Assembly (NCBI GenBank): GCA_040752415.1
Contig: JBFMGU010000027.1
Span: 1 to 60,124, forward strand
Length of the DNA: 60,124 nucleotides
Reading direction: 5' to 3'
Origin: Myxococcota bacterium
GTDB taxonomy: Bacteria > Myxococcota > JACRCW01
In this document: piece by piece, positions 39,743-47,771 of the stretch
Layout: each line of letters starts with the position of its first letter
How positions within the stretch are numbered: position 1 is the first letter of the stretch
Position numbers and translations under genes: made by a program
The notes under the pieces: model-generated
The model's database searches: none
What the model was told of the DNA's origin: nothing
What the model saw: the letters and a program-made list of their open reading frames with translations, nothing else

Positions 39743-40564
39743 TCAGCGATGGACCTGGACCGTGGGCGCGGTGCCCTTGCCCAGCGCGGCCTCGGCCAGC
39801 ACGGTGCCGTTGGAATCCACGAGCTTGAACGACGTCACACCGTCGAGCTTGCGCACGCGCTCGAAGGCGGCGGTGACCTGGGTGATGCGCGCGTCCTTGG
39901 GGAACGCCTCCAGCCACATGCGGTTGGCCAGCGTGGCCACCACCTCGTTGCCCTGTCGCGTGGCCGTGCTGAGCGGGATGTGCTCGGAGACGGCGTTGAT
40001 GTCGACGGGCACGGCGGTGTGACGCACGCGCCACCACATGAATCCGCCCGCGCCGCCCGCCAGCACCATGGCCACGAGCAGACCCGCCACCAGCTTCTTG
40101 CCGCTGCCCTCCTCGGCGTCGGGACGGTGCACGGTCACCGAGGTGCGGGAGCCTTCACGCTTGACGGACGCGGCCCCCGGCAGCGCGCGCACCAGGAGGT
40201 TCTCCGGCACGCGGCACTCCGCCGCGAAACGCTCGGCGCTGGAGACGTCGATGATGCCCTTGCCCATCAGCTCCCTGGGCATCTCCACGCGCAGCTTGAG
40301 GAAGGCCTCCCACGTCTTGATGCGCGCCAGCGGCGGGACGACGGTCTCCAGCTTGAACGCGGGTTCCGCCTTCAGCGCGTCGAGGATGGGCTGCAGCTTC
40401 AGCGCGTCACCGACGGAAATCTTGTCCCAGTTCGTCTCCAGGATGTCCTTGAGCGCCGGCCGTCCCAGCTTGCTGTACGGCGAGTGCATGAACGCCAGGA
40501 CAATCGCTTCCATCACGCTCTCGCGTGAGACCCGTGATGACTCGACGTTGATGTCGCCCGGCAT
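39743..40564 (-). CDS. Hypothetical single-pass membrane protein
   Basis: GC3-rich frame from MPGDINV; one TM (LVAGLLVAMVLAGGAGGFMWW). Confidence 0.65.
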   Translation of the reverse strand: MPGDINVESSRVSRESVMEAIVLAFMHSPYSKLGRPALKDILETNWDKISVGDALKLQPILDALKAEPAFKLETVVPPLARIKTWEAFLKLRVEMPRELMGKGIIDVSSAERFAAECRVPENLLVRALPGAASVKREGSRTSVTVHRPDAEEGSGKKLVAGLLVAMVLAGGAGGFMWWRVRHTAVPVDINAVSEHIPLSTATRQGNEVVATLANRMWLEAFPKDARITQVTAAFERVRKLDGVTSFKLVDSNGTVLAEAALGKGTAPTVQVHR

Positions 40565-40661
40565 GAGTGAACCACCTGCCCCCCGTGAGAGCAGACCAGA
40601 AAAGCCTCCCCGACGCAAAAAGGCGGTTGCCAGGCCCGTCGGGCGGGGCAGAAGTCCGCAG

Positions 40662-41549
40662 TCATGGACGGTGCTGCAGCGTGGCCAGGAGGCTGGTGGC
40701 GTCGTCGAGTCGGGGCGCCAGCTCCAACGCCGCCTGCGCGTCCTTCCGGGCTTCCGACGTGCGTCCCAACGCAGCCAACGCACGCGCTCGCGTCAGCAGC
40801 CTCAGCGCGGTCCGGCCACGTTGGAGGAGCTCGTTGCTCTCACGCAGCGCATTCTCCCGGTCCCGACGAGCGCCACGCCCATCCCCCGCCTGCTCCCGGA
40901 AGTCCGCGCGCATGAGGGCCCAGTCCGCCTTGACCTGGGAAGCCGCCATGGCGTCGTCAATCAGCGCGATGGCCTCCTGGTGACCGCAGGTGACCTTGAG
41001 CACGCGCAACAACGCCAAGCGCAGCACCACCGCGCCGTCCAGCGCGCTCAGCCCCTCGCGGTACCCCGACGCGGCGACTTCCCAGCGACGGAGCTGCTCG
41101 TCGATGCGTCCGCGCGCGAGGAACAGCTCGGGGTCGGGGTGGACACGAAGCGCTTCGTCGTACTGCACCCACGCCTCCACCAGGTGGCCTTGTGCCTCGT
41201 GGATGGTGGCCAGTGCCACGCGAACGTCCTTGGGAACGTCGTCACGAAGGGCCACGCGCTCCAGGTCACGCAACGCCGCGACGTGATCACCCATGCGCGC
41301 CAGCACCAGGCCACGTTCCTGCACCACCGCGACGTCGTCAGGAGCGAACGTGGCCGCCCAGTGGAGGTCCGCCAGGGCCAGCGCCAGCTCACCTTGACGT
41401 CGGTACAACACCGCCCGCTCGACGAGCGCCGAGACGTCCGCGGGGTCCTGCCAAAGCCGCGCGCTCACCCGCGCAATGTCCGCCGCCAATCCCTGGTGCG
41501 CATGAAGCGGGTGGACGACCAGGCAGCACAGGAGCGCCGCGCGCCGCAT
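40662..41549 (-). CDS. Secreted TPR-repeat protein
   Basis: Signal MRRAALLCCLVVHPLHA; repeated A...RG..L...G....A...Y..AL units. Confidence 0.75.
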   Translation of the reverse strand: MRRAALLCCLVVHPLHAHQGLAADIARVSARLWQDPADVSALVERAVLYRRQGELALALADLHWAATFAPDDVAVVQERGLVLARMGDHVAALRDLERVALRDDVPKDVRVALATIHEAQGHLVEAWVQYDEALRVHPDPELFLARGRIDEQLRRWEVAASGYREGLSALDGAVVLRLALLRVLKVTCGHQEAIALIDDAMAASQVKADWALMRADFREQAGDGRGARRDRENALRESNELLQRGRTALRLLTRARALAALGRTSEARKDAQAALELAPRLDDATSLLATLQHRP

Positions 41550-41590
41550 CCACTTGCGGGGGTGACGTCGGAGAATCTGCGTCACGTGCG

Positions 41591-42067
41591 CTACCGCGTT
41601 CCGCTGCTCTCCATGAACTTGTCCAGCCCCTTCTGCGCCATCTTGCGCACGGTGTTCTGCACCAGGGGCGTCCAGCCGAGCAGCTTGCCCTTCAGTCCCA
41701 GGGCCATGCCGGTCCACTTCCACAGGTCAAACGTGTCCTCGTGCTGGATGATCTTGCCGTCCTTGAAGCGGAAGCGCGCCTTGATCTGGTTGAGCACCGG
41801 CCGCCCCGTCCCGGAGAACGTGTAGCGTGCATCCCACCAGGCCTCGCCTTTCTCGTCGTCAGCCTTGATACCGCCGTAGGTGATGCTGAGGTCCTTTCCG
41901 CGCTCGCACAGCATGTGCCACATGGCCTTGGCGCGCTCGCCCTTCAGGCCCTGGAACACCGCGTCGCTGAATTCCACGTCGGGGTGGTAGCAGGCGGCCA
42001 TGGCGGCGTGATCCTTCTTCTGGAACGCCTTGTAGAAGCTGTCGATGAGCGCTTCGTTGGGATGCAC
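41591..42067 (-). CDS. NTF2/SnoaL-like protein
   Basis: GTG start with GGAGG RBS; FYKAF...MAACYHPDVEFSDAVF...FKDGKIIQHEDTFD. Confidence 0.88.
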   Translation of the reverse strand: MHPNEALIDSFYKAFQKKDHAAMAACYHPDVEFSDAVFQGLKGERAKAMWHMLCERGKDLSITYGGIKADDEKGEAWWDARYTFSGTGRPVLNQIKARFRFKDGKIIQHEDTFDLWKWTGMALGLKGKLLGWTPLVQNTVRKMAQKGLDKFMESSGTR

Positions 42068-42080
42068 GTCGTCCTCCCTG

Positions 42081-43415
42081 TCATGCCAGCAGAGCCAGCG
42101 GGTTCCATTCAAACGTCTCGTCCACCACCAGGTACTGATCCACGTCGTGCAGGCGGGCGGGATCCAGCGCACTGAAGCGGAACGCCCCCTTCGCAATGCC
42201 TCGTCGCCGACGGGCCACCACGCGCGGCGTCTGCCGCCAGTTCCCGCGCGCGTAACCGTGGATCTGCGAGGCCACGTACTGGAACGTGTAATCCGCGTCG
42301 GGGTGCGCGCCGCGCTCGAGCGTGAACGGCGACCACTGCGCCACGTGCCAGCTCTCCGTCGTGGAAGGGAACACCACGTCCACCTGCAGCGCCGCGCGAC
42401 GGTCCCAGAGCGTGCGCAAGGGTCCGGTGGTGCGCCAGGTCAGCGTGTTGCGCATGGCCCTGGGGAAGTGCTCCTCCATGAGCGTGGTGATGGCGTCCCG
42501 CATCACGGGCTCGCGGTAGCGGTGCGAGTTCTCGTCGACGAGCGGCGGGGCGGGATGGCCTTCCGGGTCGAACGCCACGCGGTCTTCATCCAGCTCCACC
42601 GTGCGCGCCCAGCGTGAATCCTCGACGACAGGGTCCGCTCCCTTCCGCAGCACCAGGGCCTCTCCCGGGTTGAGCAGTTGGGTGCGGAGCTCCGGCGCCA
42701 CGGCGTTGAGGTCGCGGACGAACTCCTCGCGGCTGACGGGGAAGATCCGGTGGTTGAGCCAACCGTGGTGGTCCGCGGCGCGCAGCCCGGCGGAACCGGG
42801 AATCACGGTGCGCGCGCGTGTGCAGATGGCCATCTCAAGCAGCCGCTCATAACGCTCGCGCGGGAACCCGCTCTCGTCCACCCACATGCTCGCGTGCTCG
42901 AGGAGTGGGCGGTACGCGCAGAAGGCCACGTCCAACTCACCGTCCAGCCACTCCAGCGCCTCGACGACGATCCGCTGCGTCACGACGGTATCCACCACGT
43001 TCCACACCGTCCCCTCCTGCGAGCGGAACATGATGCCCATCTCGACGGCGGGCCCGTCGGAGGGTGTCGGTCGCCACTCCAGTGCGCCCACCCGTCGGAG
43101 GGACGCGTCGGTAAGCATGGTGACGTCGGAGAAACCCTCCAGGGCCAGCGCCTTGGCCAGCGCGCGATCCGGCGGGCAGAACACGGGCGTTCGCCGGTCC
43201 ATGCGTCGCAGCGACGGTGGATGGAAGTGATCGAGGTGCCCGTGGGAGAGGATGACCGCGTCGGGCCGGGGCAGCGCATCCACGTCCACTTCCCGACGTG
43301 GACACGAGACCACCAGGTCACCCTGGAACGGGTCGGAGAACACCGGGTCCACGAACACGCACGCGTCGGGCGCCTGCACCACCAGGCTGGCATGCCCCAA
43401 CAGGGTCACTCTCAT
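42081..43415 (-). CDS. MBL-fold metallo-hydrolase (UlaG-like)
   Basis: MRVTLLGHASL...VDPVF...SHGHLDH metal motif. Confidence 0.85.
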   Translation of the reverse strand: MRVTLLGHASLVVQAPDACVFVDPVFSDPFQGDLVVSCPRREVDVDALPRPDAVILSHGHLDHFHPPSLRRMDRRTPVFCPPDRALAKALALEGFSDVTMLTDASLRRVGALEWRPTPSDGPAVEMGIMFRSQEGTVWNVVDTVVTQRIVVEALEWLDGELDVAFCAYRPLLEHASMWVDESGFPRERYERLLEMAICTRARTVIPGSAGLRAADHHGWLNHRIFPVSREEFVRDLNAVAPELRTQLLNPGEALVLRKGADPVVEDSRWARTVELDEDRVAFDPEGHPAPPLVDENSHRYREPVMRDAITTLMEEHFPRAMRNTLTWRTTGPLRTLWDRRAALQVDVVFPSTTESWHVAQWSPFTLERGAHPDADYTFQYVASQIHGYARGNWRQTPRVVARRRRGIAKGAFRFSALDPARLHDVDQYLVVDETFEWNPLALLA

Positions 43416-43495
43416 GGCGCCTTTGTACCTCCGGATGGTTCGGGAAAGATCTTCCGCGTCGTTCACCCGTTGAAGCACCAGATCCCGGAGGTCCC

Positions 43496-44176
43496 ATGTC
43501 CGTCCGCGTCTGGTGTGCGCTCTTCCCTCTCCTGCTCGGCTGTGCAGCCAGCGCGCCCGAATCCCGGGCCCGGTCCAGCTCCGCACGCGCGGACCTGCGC
43601 GCCGACACCGCTGGGCGGTCCATCGCCGCCGACGAGGGCCAGGCCGACCACAAGCTGGTGCGCACGGCGTGGCTCACGCTGGAGGTCCCCGCCCAGGACC
43701 AGGTCTCCACCGCGCTTGCCGACGCACGACGCCTCGCCACCTCGCTGGGCGGCTACGTGGAAGCGGAACGGACCGACGCCGTCACCGTGAAGATCCCCAA
43801 TGAGCGCCTGGAGACCGCCATCGCGCAGATCGAGCGCGGCGGGAAGCTCACGCGTCGCGACGTGGAAGTGCAGAACGTCACCGCGGAGTACACGGACCTG
43901 GCCATCCGCATCGAGAACGCGCGCACCATGCGCCAACGCCTGCAAGCCCTGTTGGAGCGCACCGACGACGTGCAGAAGCTCCTCGAGATCGAGCGTGAGT
44001 TGGGCCGGGTGACGGTGGAGTTGGAACGGCTGGAAGGTCAGATGCGCCTGATGGAGAACCAGGTGCAGTTCGCCACGTTGTATCTCACCGTCGAGAAGGA
44101 GCTGCGGCCGGGCCCACTGGGCTGGGTGGTCATTGGCATGGCCCGCGCGACGAAGTGGCTGTTCATCCAGGACTGA
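43496..44176 (+). CDS. DUF4349-like lipoprotein
   Basis: GGAGG RBS, lipobox LLGC, NVTAEYTDL...LLEIERELGRV...LEGQ...VQFATL. Confidence 0.82.
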   Translation: MSVRVWCALFPLLLGCAASAPESRARSSSARADLRADTAGRSIAADEGQADHKLVRTAWLTLEVPAQDQVSTALADARRLATSLGGYVEAERTDAVTVKIPNERLETAIAQIERGGKLTRRDVEVQNVTAEYTDLAIRIENARTMRQRLQALLERTDDVQKLLEIERELGRVTVELERLEGQMRLMENQVQFATLYLTVEKELRPGPLGWVVIGMARATKWLFIQD

Positions 44177-44195
44177 TCGACGTCGTGGCCTGTCG

Positions 44196-44585
44196 TCAGG
44201 ACGCCGGATGCATGGGCTTCACCTGCCGGCCGCCACGTCGCCAGCAGTGCATCCCGACGAGGACAATCAGCATCTGCAGCGCATCACGCGTGCTCAACCC
44301 GCGCTCCCGCAAGTAGCGATCCAGCCGGCGCGCCGACCATCGCGCCGCCGCCACCGCGCTGTCGGCCACGCCCTCCTCCAACAGTCGTCCCAACGCGGAG
44401 GTGTCGCGGATGAGCCAGAGGAACCCGGCGCCGCGGGCACCTGGCCCGACGTACAGGATGAGCTCCCCGACGCTGAAACGCAGGTGGGGACGGCCTCCAC
44501 GGGCATGCTCCGCGGCGAGCCGGGCAATGGTCTCCGCCAACGCGTTCTCGTCCTCGGGCTGAACCTGCTCCACCGCCTGCGCCAT
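44196..44585 (-). CDS. Small hypothetical protein
   Basis: Fills the gap; ATG 44585 with GGAG upstream; GC3-biased frame. Confidence 0.55.
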   Translation of the reverse strand: MAQAVEQVQPEDENALAETIARLAAEHARGGRPHLRFSVGELILYVGPGARGAGFLWLIRDTSALGRLLEEGVADSAVAAARWSARRLDRYLRERGLSTRDALQMLIVLVGMHCWRRGGRQVKPMHPAS

Positions 44586-44769
44586 GGGCCGTCTCCGTCT
44601 GTGCGAGACGCGGACAACGCGTGTGACGGCCGCGGTATTCCGCGTGGCCCGTGTCTTCGCTGACGCCGCGGTGCGCAACCCCGGGCGGGGGCGTTGGCGT
44701 CGGAATGACTCCAGGGTGGGAGCGCGGTTGCGGTTGCGCCTACCGCCGTGGGCTACCTAAGGTCGCGTC

Positions 44770-46782
44770 GTGACCACTGGTCGTTTCAACGTGCTGGGCC
44801 CCTTGGGGGGCGGTGGCTCGCAGGCATTCCTTGGCACCTTCACCGACACCGGCGGTGCGGTCCGCCCCGTGGTCATGGTGTTCATCCCCGACGAGGTGGC
44901 CGACAAGAAGGAGCTGCTGGACCAGATCGTCGCCGAGACGCAGCTGGCGGTGCACATTGACCACGTCAACGTGCTGGCGGTGGTGGGACTGCTGAAGCTC
45001 GACGAGGGCGTGGCCCGCGTGGTCGAGTTTGCCGACGCGGAGAACGTGCGCACCGTCTTCAAGCGCGCGCAGCAGCTCCAGGTCCGCCTCCCCGTGGGCG
45101 TGGCGAGCAACATGGTGGCCGGCGCGTGCATGGGCGCGCACTACGCGCATGAGCTGGGCGTCACCATGACCGGCGGCCCGCTCATCCACGGCGCCATCCG
45201 ACCGGAAACCCTCCTGGTCAGCTTCAACGGCGCCACCAAGGTCACCGGCTACGGCGCCGCCACGCTCGCCGAGTGGCTGATGCGCAGCCGCGGATTCGAG
45301 AAGTCCATCCGCGACCCGTACACCGCGCCGGAGCAGAGCTTTGGAGGTCGGGCCGCGGCCACGGTGCACACCGACGTGTACGCGCTGGGCGCCGTCTACT
45401 ACGAGGCCATCACCGGGCGTCCCCCGTTCGGCAACGACACCGGTCTCGCCGACGCGATGATCGCCGACGAGCTCAACAAGCGCGTGGCCATGGGTCTGCC
45501 GCAGGCGGTGGCGGACATCACGTTGCGCGCGCTGCAGCGGAAGTCGCGCGACCGGTTCGAGTCACCGCTGCACATGCGCCAGGCGATCATCGAGTCCGGC
45601 GCCATGGCGTCGCAGCCCGACGTCAAGGAGTTCATGGAGGTCCTGTTCCCGCAGGATTTCCCCGCGCGCGTGGGACGACAGCAGCTGCTCAGCGGCGCCG
45701 TGGCCGCGCCCGGTCGCGCCGGCAGCGGAGACTACGCGGAGCTGGTAGGCCCACCGCGCGAGTTCACGACGTCACCACCGCCCCCCGCGTCCGCCGCGCG
45801 ACTCGAGCCGGTCCCCGCGCCGCCGCCCGCCGCCGCGCCTCCGCCCAGCGCGCCCGCTCCCACCACGTCGGCACCGCGGCTTGCTCCGGTGGTCCAACCG
45901 GCACCCGCCACGTCGTCACCGCGCCTTGCGCCCGTCGAGGCGCCGGTGCCCACCACGTCGACAACGCGCGCCACACCGGTGGCCGAGCCCGCGCCGGCTC
46001 CCGCGCCGCCCGCACCGGAAGCGCCGGTCCGCACCGCAACGCCCGCAGCGTCGTCACCCGCGGCCCCCAGGCGCCGTCCCACGCGCGAGCTCGCGGTTCC
46101 CTCGGACGACACCGACCTCGCCCCCCGCGTTGTCTACAAGACGTCGCCGGTGGTCTACGTGGCGCTCGGTCTCGCGGCTGGATTGGGTGTGGCGTTGGCC
46201 GCGGTGATCCTGACGCGTCCCGCCGCTGCACCCATGGCTGCCGCCCCAACCGAAAATGCCGCGGCCCCGACGGAGAAGCCCACCCCGGAGCCTTCCCGTC
46301 CGGCCGCCGCGTCGCCCACGCCCAGCGCGCCCGAGGAGAAAGCCGCGGCCGCTCCCGAGGCGCCCAAACCCTCGCAGCTCAGCATCACCGCCTCCCCGGC
46401 GGGTGAGATCTACGTCGACGGGAAGCTCGTGGGGCGCAGCCCGATCACCACGACGGTGAAGGCCGGCCAGCACAAGGTCCGCCTCAAGGCCAAGGGCGAG
46501 GGCGTGGACATCCAGCGCACCGTGAAGGTGAACGCCGGCGCCACCAAGGAAGTCAGCCTGGAAGCCGGCAAGGGCACGCTCATCGTCGACGCGCCCGCGG
46601 GGACCCAGCTCTACATCGACGGAAAACTCGTCGGCACGCTGCCGGTGCAACCGTTGTCCCTGTATGAGGGCAGCCACCTCGCGGTCGTGAAGAAGGGCAA
46701 GGCGGAGTTCAAGCAGAACTTCGTCATGAAGCCCGACTTCGAAGCCACCCTGCACGTGGAGTTCCGGAAGGCGGGGGAGTGA
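44770..46782 (+). CDS. Ser/Thr kinase-like (pseudokinase) with Pro-rich linker, TM and PEGA domains
   Basis: Kinase fold retains YTAPEQ and DVYALG, but HRD reads HGA and DFG reads GYG; IYVDGKLVGRSP PEGA repeats. Confidence 0.85.
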   Translation: MTTGRFNVLGPLGGGGSQAFLGTFTDTGGAVRPVVMVFIPDEVADKKELLDQIVAETQLAVHIDHVNVLAVVGLLKLDEGVARVVEFADAENVRTVFKRAQQLQVRLPVGVASNMVAGACMGAHYAHELGVTMTGGPLIHGAIRPETLLVSFNGATKVTGYGAATLAEWLMRSRGFEKSIRDPYTAPEQSFGGRAAATVHTDVYALGAVYYEAITGRPPFGNDTGLADAMIADELNKRVAMGLPQAVADITLRALQRKSRDRFESPLHMRQAIIESGAMASQPDVKEFMEVLFPQDFPARVGRQQLLSGAVAAPGRAGSGDYAELVGPPREFTTSPPPPASAARLEPVPAPPPAAAPPPSAPAPTTSAPRLAPVVQPAPATSSPRLAPVEAPVPTTSTTRATPVAEPAPAPAPPAPEAPVRTATPAASSPAAPRRRPTRELAVPSDDTDLAPRVVYKTSPVVYVALGLAAGLGVALAAVILTRPAAAPMAAAPTENAAAPTEKPTPEPSRPAAASPTPSAPEEKAAAAPEAPKPSQLSITASPAGEIYVDGKLVGRSPITTTVKAGQHKVRLKAKGEGVDIQRTVKVNAGATKEVSLEAGKGTLIVDAPAGTQLYIDGKLVGTLPVQPLSLYEGSHLAVVKKGKAEFKQNFVMKPDFEATLHVEFRKAGE

Positions 46783-47419
46783 CCGCGTCGCCGTCGACGA
46801 GCTCGGCGCGCTGGATCTGGTGCAGGCGGAACTGACGCGGATTCCCGTCGGACTCGATGCAGTTCAGCAAGGTCTCGCTGCGCTCCAGCACCACGCTGCT
46901 GATGCGCACGTTCCGGTCGGTCACCTCGCCGTTCGCGCTCTGGTAGCGGATGCGCAGCGGACGGGCCTCGAACCATGCCTGCTCCACCACCGCGCGCACC
47001 TCCGCCGACGAGGAGCGCGCCGGCACCCCGGTGAAGCGGATGGTCTTGAGCAGCTCCGCCAGTTCCCGCTGCGCCGTGCGCGAGAGCGCGGCACGGACCT
47101 TGTCCAGGCCGGACTGCAGCGTCGTGGAGAAGGGGATGAGACGCATGTCCGTGAGGTACGCGCCGGCAACCAGCAGCGTGGCCGCTTCCCGCGCGGTGAA
47201 GTTCACCGGGGGCAGGCTGTACGTGGAGTCCAATGCGTACCCACCGCCGCGACCACGGTCCGCACGCAAAGGGAGCGCGGCGTCACGGAGTGAATCCAGG
47301 TCGCGGTAGACGGTGCGCACGGTGACACGGAAACGCCGCGCCAGCTCCTCCGCCGTCACACCGGTCCGTCGACCGCGCAGGTATTCCGTCATGGCAAAGA
47401 GCCGCTCGGTGCGTCGCAT
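46724..47419 (-). CDS. YafY-like HTH_11 plus WYL transcriptional regulator
   Basis: MRRTERLF...TAEELARRFRVTVRTVYRDL...GRGGGY...PPVNFT; LRIRY...R.V...RQFRLHQI; 231 aa. Confidence 0.9.
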   Translation of the reverse strand: MRRTERLFAMTEYLRGRRTGVTAEELARRFRVTVRTVYRDLDSLRDAALPLRADRGRGGGYALDSTYSLPPVNFTAREAATLLVAGAYLTDMRLIPFSTTLQSGLDKVRAALSRTAQRELAELLKTIRFTGVPARSSSAEVRAVVEQAWFEARPLRIRYQSANGEVTDRNVRISSVVLERSETLLNCIESDGNPRQFRLHQIQRAELVDGDAVTPPPSGTPRAGWLRSRAS

Positions 47420-47428
47420 GCGCCACAA

Positions 47429-47446
47429 CTGACACACACCTGACAG
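47429..47446. promoter_or_regulatory. Candidate WYL-regulator operator
   Basis: CTGACA-cacacc-TGACAG, one mismatch from the palindrome CTGACA-N6-TGTCAG, 9 nt upstream of the WYL start. Confidence 0.4.
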
Positions 47447-47458
47447 CGGGACAAGACA

Positions 47459-47757
47459 GCGGGGCTGGTGGCGACGTGGCCCCCCCACCCGGCCGCCTGC
47501 AGATTTCACTGATTTCACGACGTGGCGGCCGACCTCCCCCACGGCGTGGGGAGGCGTAGATGTGCCGCGCCTGGTTTCTCCAGTGGGCTGAGCGCGGCAC
47601 AAGGCATCATTGAGCCCGTGCCGCCCATTGCGCGCAATTGTTCAACCGAGGCGGCACATCTACGCCTCCCCACACCGTGGGGGAGGTCGGCCGCCACGAC
47701 GACAAATCGCTGCGCGCGAGGCGGCCGGGTGGGGGGGCACGTCGCCACCAACCCCGC
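47459..47757. repeat. Long inverted repeat element C (REPIN/MITE-like, different sequence family)
   Basis: Arms 47459-47568 and 47651-47757, each with two near-perfect blocks (~40 and 48 bp) around a ~20-nt unmatched patch; 82-bp spacer. Confidence 0.9.
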
Positions 47758-47771
47758 ATCTCCACCACCGC

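Noticed and set aside
40590..40650. GACGCAAA sequence resembling a c-di-GMP-I riboswitch
   Set aside because: No upstream GGCAAAC or GAAA tetraloop stem, and wrong orientation for the adjacent gene
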